Below, one piece after another: positions 25,765 to 40,203 of a stretch of DNA of 64,000 bases; within the stretch, counting starts at the first letter, position 1, and every line of letters begins with the position of its first letter. The position numbers were made by a program, and so were the translations under genes. The stretch lies in contig NW_005201286.1 of assembly GCF_000372725.1 (NCBI RefSeq), positions 62,001 through 126,000 on the forward strand, given 5' to 3'. The DNA is from Emiliania huxleyi CCMP1516 (taxonomy: Eukaryota). The notes under the pieces are model-generated. The model worked only from the letters and a program-made list of their open reading frames with translations. It made no database searches and was not told the origin of the DNA.

Positions 25765-26640
25765 AGCCCCCCCCTAACCCCGCCCCTAGTGCCACCCCCC
25801 TAACCCCGCCCAACCCCCTTTATGTGCGCGCACTGGCGCTGCCGCTAGGGCTGCCATAAGCTGGCTAGGGTTGTATGTGCGCTGGTAACAACAGACTCGG
25901 GCATAGCCCTGGACAGCCACCCCTTAACCCCCCCCCCCCCCCCCCTTTATGTGCGCGCACTGGCGCTGCCGCTAGGGCTGCCATAAGTTGGCGCTGCCGC
26001 TAGGGCCGCCATAAACACCTCTCCGACGTGCTCGACTATAGTCAAAATTGGACGGTGGACTATATTTCGGGTGGGTGGCCATTTGCTCAGGCGTCAGAAT
26101 GCTGAGCTCGTACACTGGCAGCTCCGCAGAGGTTGAGGACAGGAAAATACGTGTAATGCGTAATGCGTATGCGTGATACGTAAGCCAGGGGGGGGGATGG
26201 CTCGGGGGCGCGCGGGGCGAGATACGTAATCCGTAAACGTGACACGTGGTACGTAGGCACCCGCCGCGCGGGCCATTGCACCGTCCCCCGGGCAAAGCTT
26301 TGCGGTGAAAAGGACGTATGCGTAATGCGGATACGTGATACGTCGAAGACGCCCCGCCACCCCGCGGGCCGCGGCGCACCGGCGGAGATCCATAATCCGT
26401 ATACGTGACACGTGGTACGTATGAGGCAACCACAGGGCCATCGCACCGTCACGCACGCGATGAATACGTGTGTGTATTGACGTTTTTTATTTATTTTTGA
26501 AGGGGGAGGCGTTCGACGGGCTGCGTAATGCGACGCATTTGGACTGGCAAGTGACGCACACGCACCGAGTTTACGTATTCCCGAGAGGGCGTAATGTGAT
26601 GCGTATGCATATGGGCCTCCTTGCATATGCGTAGCAGTAC
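25765..26640. repeat. Composite repeat region: duplicated CCTTTATGTGCGCGCACTGGCGCTGCCGCTAGGGCTGCCATAAG plus a CGTA/TACG-rich direct-repeat block
   Basis: Direct repeats near 25815 and 25943; related units at about 26160-26290 and 26315-26450. Probably TE-derived; termini unresolved. Confidence 0.55.
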
Positions 26641-27648
26641 AGAGCACGATTGCCTACCCGCCGACCGCATTCCTGCCAAGAAGCGGCGCAGGGCCGGCAC
26701 GACCTTCGCGGCGGTGGGCGCGGCGAGTCGCGCCTCCTTCTCCGTGTCAAAGTCGAGCAGGAAGAGGTTGAGCGCCTTTGCGAGCGGCAGGAAGGCGGAG
26801 AGCAGGTCGAAGAGCGCCTCGTTGGTGCGCGTCCAGAGGAAGCTGATGTGGTTGGGCAGCAGGGCGTCGCCCTTGCGGAAGAGGAGGACGCCGCGGCGGG
26901 GCAGGCTCGGGCCGGCGTAGGCCAGGTCGGCGCTCTCAAAGGTCGAGAAGGGCGGCGCCTTGTTCACGGCCGCCAGGGTGAGCGAGTCCGCGGGCGACGT
27001 CTCCGAGAAGCGGTTGCAGCCGTCGCCCTCCGACGCGCAGAGGAAGAGCGGATCGTTGACGCGCGCCTCGAGCGCGCGGCCGAGAGGGCACGCGAGACAC
27101 GCGCGGCCGAGTGCGAACTCGCCCGGCTGCGAGAGCGCCGTGCCGCTCCCCGCCGAGTGGCCCCAAATGCCCCAGCGCCGCGGCTCGTCGCCTAGAGCCG
27201 CCTGCGTCGCGGCGACGATGGCCTCGCGCGTGACGCCCTCCCGCGCCTCGTACGACGCGGCGAGCGACTCGGGCAGCTCCGGCGCCGCGACGACGAACCC
27301 GTCGCTCGCCAGCGCCTCGCAAGCGTGCGCCATGTCGAACGGCGAGCCGAGAAAGCCGTGCGCGAAGAGGAGCGCGTCGCCGGCGCGCGCCTGGGACGCG
27401 CAAGCCGCGCGGCGCCAGGGAGGCACTCCCGCCGGAGCGAGCGAGTAGGTCCTCGACGGCAGCCAAGATAGCCAGCCGACGCGGAGCTTGGAGGCGATCC
27501 GGCCAATGTCAACCGTGTAGCCGTACTCCCCCGTCGGCACCCACGCGCCGCCACCGCCGGTCGGCCCCGGGGCAAAAGCATTGGCCCTGCGCATGGGAGA
27601 CAGCGGCGAGCTCAATCGGTGTGCTGGGTGTGCCAGAAGCCCAAGCAT
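26491..27648 (-). CDS. Alpha/beta hydrolase (chlorophyllase/dienelactone-hydrolase-like)
   Basis: LLFAHGFLG, LASDGFVVAAPE, WGHSAGSG nucleophile elbow, ASEGD, NHISF. Intronless; the C-terminus runs into the repeat block. Confidence 0.8.
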   Translation of the reverse strand: MLGLLAHPAHRLSSPLSPMRRANAFAPGPTGGGGAWVPTGEYGYTVDIGRIASKLRVGWLSWLPSRTYSLAPAGVPPWRRAACASQARAGDALLFAHGFLGSPFDMAHACEALASDGFVVAAPELPESLAASYEAREGVTREAIVAATQAALGDEPRRWGIWGHSAGSGTALSQPGEFALGRACLACPLGRALEARVNDPLFLCASEGDGCNRFSETSPADSLTLAAVNKAPPFSTFESADLAYAGPSLPRRGVLLFRKGDALLPNHISFLWTRTNEALFDLLSAFLPLAKALNLFLLDFDTEKEARLAAPTAAKVVPALRRFLAGMRSAGRQSCSVLLRICKEAHMHTHHITPSREYVNSVRVRHLPVQMRRITQPVERLPLQK

Positions 27649-28704
27649 AAGCGCACCGGGCACGTCGAATTCTCTTCGCCCGGCGTGCACACATCTCCGA
27701 CGTGAAGCTTCAGCCCGAGGTTGACGACGCCATTCCGGAGGCCCGCCTCAACCACGGCTTGTTGCGCATCAGTCAAGTCCTCGGTCACAGCCAGAGTGTT
27801 ACCCGTGGACGGCCGAGGTGGGTGCAAACTTGGCGCACGAGTTGCCCTCCTTGCAGCTCCTGCGACGACCGCCAGCCGGACACAGTAGCTACCCTCCGCC
27901 CGTAGTAGAGATCGGGTGGGGAGGCGTTCGTCTTCACTTGTGTTTGGGCACAGACGGTTACTGGACCGTGTACGTCAAACACCACTACTTAGGAATGGCC
28001 GTAGCTCCTCTCCACGAGCGATTCAGAAGACGTACCAAAAGTGTCGATTCTGTATAGAATTGCGAGCCGCACACGCTGGTGCAGGCGGCGAGTCGTCGAT
28101 CCGACTAGCTCCGACGTTAAGTCTGCAATCGGGGGGGGGGGGGGCTGCCCGGGGATTGATCTCCCACTCTTGTGTGTCATTACCCATTCACACTCTCGTG
28201 TGTCTTTACTCGATCCCAATTATTGGGAATTGGGTTCGTATATTCGGATACGACGTAGTCTACAAAGGGTGTGCGATCGCTCCTGCGTGCACTGCCCAGG
28301 CTCGTCGCCAGGGACGGCGGGGTTAGACCCGCGCTCCCAACTACGACGCGTGCTAGCTGACTGTAGCCAGCTTCCCGGCCTCCGGCGTCTACCGGGAGCC
28401 TCCCGGACCATCTCGACCTCTCGGGAGCTCTCCCGCACCATTTAAGCGTTTAAGACCGTTTAAGGAATCGGCGGCCCAGCAGCTCTTAAAACCTGCCCGG
28501 GCAGAGGTTTTAAGCCGTTAAGCCGCAGGCGCCCTAGGGCCCATCCTTTTAAGCCTCCTCATAGGCAGGGGTATCCTAACACCTAAGAGCACGGCACCGG
28601 GCCGGTGCTTTTGCACTTTGAATGCCGTAGGGCTCCTGCCCGTGTCGCCGTGTCCCGGGGGCGCGTGGAGATGCGACAGGGTCGCCCCCCCCCCCGGGCC
28701 CCGG

Positions 28705-29410
28705 TTGGGCCAGGTACCAATTTTGTCGAATTTATTTCAAAATCTGCAGGCGCGGAGCGCCTGCGAAAATTTTGAAGAAATTTGCAGTCGGGCCTGATTT
28801 TCATCAAGATCTTTCAAATTTGCGGTGCGGAGTTGGGGGGTGGGTTAGGTTAGGGTTATTAGGGTTAGAGGGTTAGGGTTAGGGTTAGGGTTAGGGTTAG
28901 GGTCAGGGTTAGTCTTGTTGTGTCTGTATATGCCAGCGTTGCAGGGTTCTGCGCTGGTATCTGGCCCCACAGCGCCGACGACTAAGACTCAGCCCCACAC
29001 GCTGACCTAGGGTTAGGGTTAGGGTTAGGGTTAGGGTTAGGGTTAGGGTTAGGGTTAGTCTTCTTGTGTTTGTATGCCAGCGTTGCAGAGTTCTGCGCTG
29101 GGATCTGGCCCCAGCGCCGACGAGTAAGACTCAGCACCGCACGCTGACCCCACCAAATGCCGCCTCAGGGCGCCAGGCCGCCAGCCACTTCTTACACGCG
29201 GCCGGCGCCCTCTCGCGGCAAAAGGGTCGAGCGAGCGGGCAGAGTCGCGATGTCCCTGCGCACCTGGGTGTTCGCCGCCTATATGCTCTATCCGGTGCCA
29301 AGACGGACACATTTTGACAATCAAAATCTACCTCAAAATTTGCGGCCGCCCCTCGAAATTTGCTGATCAAAATTTGCGGTGGCCCGGATCGAAACCTGTA
29401 CTTTGGCCAA
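28705..29410. mobile_element. Non-autonomous DNA transposon carrying interstitial (TTAGGG)n, copy 2
   Basis: Same termini as 13461-14334; 8-bp TSD GGCCCCGG at 28697-28704 and 29411-29418. Confidence 0.92.
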
Positions 29411-29670
29411 GGCCCCGGGCGGCGGCCGGCGCCCCCGCGGCCCTCTTGCCCTCCACGGCTCCAGCTCTACCCCAATCTTTTGGTATACGTACACTTTATT
29501 TGTGGAGAGAGACGTTTGTCGTTTCCTCTCTACCTTACCGTACCTTACCTTTTAGAGCCCCCCCCCCCTCGAGAGCGAAGCGCGGCCGGAGAGAGAGGTG
29601 AGATGGACCGGCTCGTCGGGGGCAAGAGCGCGACACCCCTCCCTTCCGACCCAGCCGTGCACTCCTGCAC

Positions 29671-32215
29671 TCAGGTCGGGCACCGCTCCCCGCCGCTCCC
29701 GCTGCTCCGCTGGAGCCGCTCCCAGTCCGCGGCGCCCACCTCGCCGCGCATCTCGTACAGCTCCTTGACCGCGGGGTCGCTGCTGACGAGCCGGTCCATC
29801 TCGGTGCGCACGAACCTCTGGAGCGCGCGCTGCTCCGCCTTGAGCGCGTCCACGCGCCGCCGGTCGTAGACGAGGCGCGCGAGCATCGGCCGCAAGTCGC
29901 GCAGCGCGATCATGCCCGACTCGACGGAGATGACGCCGAGGAAGGAGGCGATGGGCGCCACCATGAGGAGCGTGAGGACGTCGGAGCGCGAGAGCGGGGT
30001 GGCGAGCAGCAGCAGCGTCGCGTAGCTCAGCCAGAGCAGCGGCACCGCGACGAGGGAAAACTTGATCTTCTCGCTGAGCACCACGTCCGACGCGGTCAGC
30101 TTGACCTTGGAGCCGCGCAGAGCGGCCTGCTGCCGCCAGCGCGCCCACGCGACGGCTGCGACGCCGACGGGCAAGTTGAGGGCGAGGGAGGGGAGCGAGG
30201 CGAGGAGGAGCGCCGTCACCATGTGGCCGAGCGAAAACAGCGTGGAGAAGAAAGGAGCCACCTCGAGCTGCTGCACCTGGCTCTCGCGCAGCCCGAGGTC
30301 CTGCAGCTGCCGGTTGTACCGCCGCAGCCTCGCAACCATCGTCGCAACCTCTCGCCGGCGAGCGGAGACGGCCTCGCTGCCGGGCGGGCTGGCGGCCTCT
30401 TCGAGGGCGGCGAGGTCGGTGCGCGAGGAGAGGCGCGAGAGGTGCTCGAGCGGCAGGTCCGCCTCGCCGAGCACGCGCCGGATCGCAAAGGCGAACCGGC
30501 GGTCGAGGTCCTGCCGCACTGCGGGGCGCAAGTCCCGCCGCCCGAGCCCGCGGCTGCTGCACCAGAGCCGGCGCGTCGAGTGGATCAGCCGGAGCTCGTC
30601 GATCGACGCGGCGGGCACCATGACGGCGCGCAGCGCCTTCTTGATGCGGCCGAGCAACGCGGCGGTCGCCTCGCGCCGCTCCTCGCCGCCGGCGGCGTGG
30701 CTGGCTCGCTCGTCCTCCGAGACGTGGATCGGGGGTCCGATGTGGACGGTCACCTTTGCGCCGATAGAGTGGCCCCGGAAGTAGGAGAGGCCGATCGGGA
30801 CGATGGGGACTGGCCGGCTCACGCCGAGAGCGATCAGCGCGACGCCAGGCTTCAGCTCGAGCAGGTCGGGCTGGTCGTGGGATCCGCCCTCGGGGAAGAG
30901 GCAGATGGCGCCGCCGCGCTGCAGCGTCGCGCGCGCCTCTGCAAACGCCTCCTCGTAGTCTCCCCGCGGCAGCACCGTGTACGAGCCTTGGCGAGGCAGG
31001 CTGGCCTGCGGGTCGGCTGGCGGATCCACCAGCGCCGGGTCCAGAGAGAGCAGCGCCACGCAATGCGACTCCACCGCCCTCACGCGCCACACCCAAGCGC
31101 GCCCCGACGCGCCGTCAGTGTACCTCAGCTTCGCGCCGTCAGTGAACTCCACGTCGAAACGGCACGCCTGCGAGATATGGGGGAGATATGGGAGATATGG
31201 GGAGATATGAGCTCCAGTCGAAACGGCACGCCTGCGACACGCGGCGCCGAAAGAGGGGAACGTCGGAGGAGGCTCGGACGTGTCTCGGAAGAGTCTCGGA
31301 AGTCTCGGAAGTGTCGCCGGCGCCTCGCTGCCGGCGAGCCGAAACGCGTCGCCGTCGTCTTTGTCAAGCCGGAGGAGGCGGCCGGAGCCTGCGATTAATG
31401 ACTGGACTAGTTCAGCACGTGATTCACTCACTGTTCGAGCCGGCAAAGCGGTATGGAGCCCTTGAAGGCGATGTCCTGCGGCCGCGTCACCGGCACCGCG
31501 GCGAGCACGCGCGCGAAGAAGCCGACGAGCGGCGTGTTGTACGACTTGCGCGCCACCAGGAAGCCGATCTTGCGCTGCTGGACCGAGCAGACGACGCACA
31601 TGCCGTCCACGAACTGAGGCGGCGAGAACGGAGGGGGCGGGTGGGTGGGTGGGAGGGTGGGGCGGTGGGGGGAGGCTGTGCGCGCGGCGTATAACCCGGC
31701 GGCAGCGTGGGTCGCCGCGCCGCTAGGCAAAGTTCCGCGAGCGTGCTGCTGTCGCCGGCTCATTTGGGCGTCCGCCGCCGCGGGGGAGGGGCGGCGGCGC
31801 CAGGTAAAGGCCGGCAGGGTGGCGTCGTGGCGGGCGCGGCGGCGCGCTGGGGAGACCGCGCCTGGTTGGAGTGGTTTGCCACGAGGATGACGGGGCCGGC
31901 GAGCGGGATGTGCTCCGCGCCGATGACCTCGACGTTGCTGATGACGATCGACATGATGGCGTTGAGGAAGATGCGCGCCGCGTAGAAGCACACGTTGGCA
32001 AAGTCACGCTGCACCGCCCAGGCCAGAAGCAGGACAAAGAACCAGCCAAAGATGTAGCTCGCGTCGTCGTCATCGAAGAGGAGGAGGCTCACGCGCTTGA
32101 CGGGGTTGAGCTGGTCGAAAGAGAAGCAGAGCAGCGCACCGAGGATGGCCAGGTGAGTGTTTGTGGAGGTGTTGCTGCCCAGCACCGCGCGCGGTGGCGG
32201 GCGCGACATCGACAT
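29671..32215 (-). CDS. Glycerol-3-phosphate O-acyltransferase (PlsC domain, SCT1/GPT2-like), multi-exon
   Basis: VANHSNQ|FVDG (NHxxxxD), AVPVTRPQD, CLFPEGGSHD, VPIVPIGLSYF; N- and C-terminal TM helices. Confidence 0.87.
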
Positions 32216-33517
32216 TCGCGCGCGGTCCTGCCGGCGGCGGCGAGCGCGATGAGGAGGCGGCGGAGCCACCCGAGCTAATGGCTCCAAAAAAAGCCGAAAT
32301 AAAACCGCCCGCGCGTCCCGCGCCCGGGGAGAAATGTCGTCCTTGGCCACGTGCCCCGCTGGCAAACCACAAGAGAGGGTGGATAGAGATAGGCGCCTCA
32401 GGCGACCGCTCGTCCTGCCCCTCCCCTCAGCAGAGCGGGCGAGAATGCTAAAGCATTCACGCCACAGTCGGGCGCGGGATCGCCGGAGAGAGAGAGGGCG
32501 AGACGGTGGCGGGGCCGCGGCCGAAAAAGGCTAGGAGGGGGGGCCGGGCCCCGCATCCGTTGCCCAACCAGCGGAAAGCGAGTGGGGGGAGGATCGAGGG
32601 GATAAGAGGGCCCCTCCGGACCGAGGGGGGGAGGCCGAACGGAGAAGCCTCGAGGGGTGACGTCGAGTGAGGATGTACGTCGTGTGCGTCGTGGGCGCTC
32701 CGCTGCTAGGGGAAACCTGGAGCGCGGACTAACCATCGGAGACCCGTGTTTACTTTACGGCCCTCTCCCTGCGAACGCGCACCCCCGCCCCTAGCTAGGG
32801 GTCAGGGCTCTCTAGCCCGTAGCCCGATCCCGATCATCCGGCCCGCTGGGTGCGCTTCTTAGCTCCCCGGCCCTGGATGTGAGGCTAATGACTGCACTCC
32901 AAGTGCTCCAAAAAGAATTTTCGCGCCCCTTGCAAAAATCCTGCTCGTGCACAGGTGTGGACCCTGTCCTCCTCCCCCTTCCCTCGTTTGGGTGTGTCTG
33001 TGTTCTTTCTTTACACTGGGCACGGGACTGGCGCGCACTGGCACACGCACTAACACAGGTACACACCACGTGCGGCCCAGTCGTGTGCAGTGGGACCAGT
33101 GTCGTGCACACGAAAAAGAAACAAAAAGAGTAAAGAGAACCTGCCGAATCCGCACGAGGCATGCTTGAAAAAGTTAGGGATTAGGCTTTAGCGTGTTGGT
33201 CTTTGTATTGTGACTCGCTGCGCAATGTCCAATGACCGCGGTCCGCGCGCGCGCCGAGAATGGTGTCTGGCAGACTCAGCCAGAGCACGCGCGCGATAAA
33301 ACCCTCTCGTTGAGAGCAAGCAGCAACGGTACCTGGCGCAGTTGGACTTGGACACCGTCGGGAAGAGAATCTCGCGTCAATTATCTCGCGACTTTGAGCC
33401 CCCCGCGCTCTGCCTCTCGCCGTTTACGGCTCCGCATGGGGCTATACCGACCCGGCGGCACTGTACAAGCCGGCGGCGCTAGACCAGCCGGCTCCGCTCC
33501 TCTCGTGCCGCGACGCC

Positions 33518-36267
<2,750 letters not shown>

Positions 36268-37676
36268 TTAAGGGGAGGGGTGTGGTGCGCTAGCCGTCGC
36301 CCACCCTTGGGCGTCCGCCTCTTCCTATTTCTCTTCGCAGTCCTTCTCCGATTCTCGCTTCAACCTTCGGAGCACGGATTCGTTTGGTATTGCTAAAACT
36401 CCCACAATTCTTTTTCTGCATCCCAGGAGTCACATTTGGCCTGCACAAGCTTTTCCGGCAAACAAAAAGGAAAACAGAGGGTCCCCAGCACTTTGCGTTT
36501 CCGGAAATTTCCAGGGAAAACAGAGGGTGTTTGGTGCTCCATTCTGGAAACTCGCGAGTTTCCCTGAGTCTGAGAGCTGGTCTGGGGCAAAATCTGACGC
36601 AAAATTGAGGAAATCGGCACGATACCCAGGCGGTCGCAGGATATTTTCCAGGTATACCCGGGGTTTTCCAGGTATACCCGCAAAATACCCGGTATTTTGC
36701 CGATTTGGCTGATTTTGGGCCCAAACCAGCCTCGGACTCGGCTCAGAGCCCGGAAAATTTGATGGTTTTCCCGGGAACATAGAGAGGAAAAGAGAGGGTG
36801 CTGCAGAGAAAAAAGGAAAGGAAAAGAGACGGGGTGCGAGAGGAAAACCTTGTTCAGCCTAAGCGTACAGACCACGCCTGAGGGCCCAACTTGAGAATCG
36901 TGCTTTTGGGTTAGGGACGAAGGCGAAGGACCGATTGCGGTGAAGGACCGCAGGTTAGGGACCGATCGCCGCCGCTCACGCCAGCGGACGGTCGCTGCGC
37001 TTGCGGTACCCGGCTGTGTGGAGGAGAGCGAGCCGCGAGGGCGGGAGCGGGAGGGCGGACAGGTCCATTGTTGGGGTTGGGGGGCGCGGGCCGAGCGGGA
37101 AGCGCCCAAAAAGCGCGAAGCGGACGCCTGCGAAAAAAGAAATTCGAGCGCGATTCTTTCTTTCATGGCACAACTCACTTGGGTTGTCTGTTTTCTTTCT
37201 TTCTTTCTGAACGGGACTAGTGCGCACTGGCACTAAGGCACTAACACGAAACAATTTAAACGGAATTTCCGATCTCTTTTCTTTTCACAACGAGGCTCGA
37301 GATGGGCAACCCTTCACCCGTTAAGCGCAGCCGGGTGCGCAGCATGTGTGTGTGTGCCGTAGGTGCACGGAGGCCGCATGATGTCTTCACTCGAGTCCTC
37401 ACCCGCACCGTGGCTCTCTCCATTCTCTCTTCTCGCTCTCTCTCGCTCTCTGTCTCTCTCTGTCTCTCTCTCTCTCACTCTAAACATCCCTCTAGTAAAC
37501 AAGAGACAACACCATTAAACAACCCATGTCAGCTTGCATGAGGCTTGAGCGCCGAGCTGCAACGCGCAAAAAGACGAGACGTCCGCTGTACCGAACCTCT
37601 CCGCGGTTTGCGTGAGGGGAGAGCTCTGACTCTCTCGAGTGTGGCGGTCGTCGCACGCCGCCTCGCCAGTCGCGAC

Positions 37677-38198
37677 TCAAGGTCGGCCTCGCGGCGATCC
37701 CATGTGCGCGACCGCCTGCACGCCTTTGTCATCCGTCTGCGGCCTCCGAGCCGCTCGCCAGGAGAGGACCCACCAGCCGGAGTAGATGAGTAGGGCGATC
37801 CCGTTGAGGATGGCGCCGAGCCAGTGGGTGTAGGCTGGCTTGGGCACGCCGTTCGCGTGAGCGCGACACAGTCCGTCGATGTGGTTGATGAAGAACAGCG
37901 TGGACATCAGCGTGAGGCCGGGGATGGCGAACCCCACATCATCGAAGGCGCGGAGCGCGCAAATGAACATGGCGATGGTGGCCACGTTCCAAATCGCAAT
38001 CTCGTTCTGCCAGCCCGCGTCTGCTACCATTCCGTTGTCAAAGTGGAAGCCCCAGTTCGAGCGCTTGCCGATCCATGCCTGCAGCGAGAAGAAGGGTGCC
38101 TGGGCGATCGCGCTGATGCCGAGGCCGATGATGACCGCTAAGAGCGCGTGGCGGGAGTACTGCGCGGGAGTCGAGGACATCAGCGAGGACCTGCCCAT
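37677..38198 (-). CDS. Small four-TM membrane protein with WQNEIAIWN motif (DUF6790-like, tentative)
   Basis: Intronless 173-aa ORF with four hydrophobic helices. Confidence 0.6.
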   Translation of the reverse strand: MGRSSLMSSTPAQYSRHALLAVIIGLGISAIAQAPFFSLQAWIGKRSNWGFHFDNGMVADAGWQNEIAIWNVATIAMFICALRAFDDVGFAIPGLTLMSTLFFINHIDGLCRAHANGVPKPAYTHWLGAILNGIALLIYSGWWVLSWRAARRPQTDDKGVQAVAHMGSPRGRP

Positions 38199-38513
38199 TT
38201 CGTTGATCGGCTACCCAGAGTACAGGTATCCTTCTTCGAGTTGAAGGAATGGTCGCGATGAAGGAAATGGTGTAATGGTCGACCGCACGAAAGATTTTTC
38301 TTTTACCTTTTGCATTGGGAGAAAAGTGGGGAAATTCTGTCAGCAGAGTCCTCCTACGGGAATGTACGTAAGAGCTACATACACTGAAATCGCCGGACTT
38401 TTTTCGACTTTTTCGCCCGGCGCGAGTCAGTGCGCGAGTCCGCTGCGCTGCTGGCGCCCTTCTTCGCCCGGCGCAGCCGCTTGCGCGCTTCGGGCTTCGC
38501 ACAGCGTCGCCTC

Positions 38514-38729
38514 ATGAAATCGCTCCATCTCCACGCGGGCCTGCTCTGTGTTCTCGTGCACGCCGCCGCAGCCATGTCGCGGCAGCAGGCGCTGAAGGAG
38601 CTGGATCTTCGAGCCGGGTACGACGGCGGGGACCTCAAGCGTGCATATCGCGCCCGCGCCATCGCCACGCATCCAGACAAGGGCGGGTCGCCGGAAGCCT
38701 TCCTGCGTGTGTCTGAGGCGTACGAGATC
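38514..38729 (+). pseudogene. Signal peptide plus J-domain (DnaJ) 5' fragment
   Basis: MKSLHLHAGLLCVLVHAAAA...LKRAYRARAIATHPDKGG...FLRVSEAYEI, cut off by the SDR fragment on the opposite strand. Confidence 0.8.
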
Positions 38730-39152
38730 ACCCCGTGTCTACGGCGGTCATGTAGATGCCGCACTTGGCGTAGTCGGCCGCGCTGGTGCGGGTCATCATG
38801 TTGAGCGCCGCCTTGGCCATGTTGGTGTGCGGGTGCGTTGGCTGCTTGTACTGCGGAGATGGGGAGCGGGGAGGGGTCAAGAGGAAGGAGGCAGGCGCGC
38901 GGAGGGGGGATGCTCGAGAACGCGCCTTGTAGAAGCGGCCCTCCATCGCGCTGACGTTGACGATGAACTTGAGCACGCCGCCGTCCGCCGTCGCCTGCAT
39001 GAAGGCCTTGAGCCGCCCGTTGATGATCTCGACGGCGCGAGCGAGTTGATGGCGAGCACCTATCGCAATCGTGTCACGCTCACCGCAGCCGCGACGCGCT
39101 CGGCAAGGCGAGAGCTCCTGGCGAACACCTCTGCCATCTCCGCAGTGCTCAC
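38728..39152 (-). pseudogene. Short-chain dehydrogenase/reductase internal fragment with introns and a frameshift
   Basis: [18 protein letters not shown](+2 frameshift)IINGRLK...[35 protein letters not shown]...AVDTG. Confidence 0.8.
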
Positions 39153-39203
39153 CTGCACGGCACAACGACCGGGAGGGGCTTCCCATAGGGAGGGGGCGGA
39201 CAG

Positions 39204-39641
39204 GGCTGGTCCGAGGTGGTATTCCGCAACCACCAGATCGATTGCAACGGCAACACGGCTATCGCAATGGGCGACTACCTGTTCACGAACGCGACCACTG
39301 GCGACAAGGGCCGCGTCGAGTACACCTTCGGCTACAAGAAGAACGATGACGGCAAGATGCGGATTTTCCTGTGCGCGCCGCCCCTGCCCAAAGCTTATGT
39401 CTCGGCTCATCTCGGCTCCCGCCCCTGCTCCCGGCTTGTACCTGGGCTGTGACCTCGGCTTATCTCAGCCTGCGGCGCTCCATGCAGGCACCACTCGTCC
39501 ATGCCGTACGAGCCCGCTGCGGCGGCACCCGCAACCGCGGAGCCAGTTGAGGAGGCTCTGTCGATGTGGGCCGAGTCGATCGCCAAGCAAGATGCTCTCC
39601 TTCACGACGCACGCGTCCGCGTCAGCGGGATGAGCAAGTAG
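39204..39641 (+). pseudogene. Iota-class carbonic anhydrase (LCIP63/COG4875-type) fragment
   Basis: [11 protein letters not shown]...[10 protein letters not shown]...VEYTFGYKK...IFL|HHSSMPY; intron 39371-39487; begins at an acceptor with no upstream exon. Confidence 0.8.
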
Positions 39642-40203
39642 GTGGGATGTGCCTCTGAGAGGTGCTAAGTGGTTAGGTGGTGGGTACATGCTCAGTGGGT
39701 GCTGACAACACCGACGCGCACTGAGCCTCGCACTCATTATGATACAAGTATTTAGGTAGAGAGGCAAAGCCGCGACTCGTGCGCGTGGGTGCACTTTTAA
39801 TGCCGCAGCCGGGGCGCGAAGAGGCAAAGCCGCGACTGCGGACTGGACACGTGGTGCGGGTGGTGCACTCGCTTTGCGTTCCCGGCTGAGGCGGAGCTAC
39901 GGCTTTAGGCACGCGTAGCCGCAGGCGGGCCAAGCGCAGCCGGGGCGTGCGAGTGCTTAAGGTGACAGCAAGTCGACTAAAATGAACAGAGAGACGGCAT
40001 TTTGCACACGAACACGCACTCGAGCCTCGAGGTGGACTGTATGTGAGCGAACGCGCACTTCCCGCAGTGTCCAATGTGCAGAGACCTAAGGCAGACCGAC
40101 CGGCCGGAGACGACGGACCTCGGACACACGCTTGCGCTGTCGTGCTTCCGATCTCAGGGGGTCGCGGCCCGGATGCCTCTCAGGATCCTCTCTACACATC
40201 GTC

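Noticed and set aside
36300..36850. TTTCC/GGAAA-rich block that may be a MITE
   Set aside because: No TIR pair, TSD or second copy could be defined.
38728..38730. TGA in the SDR fragment as selenocysteine
   Set aside because: It falls at the fusion breakpoint at a position I recall as Trp in homologs; no SECIS seen.
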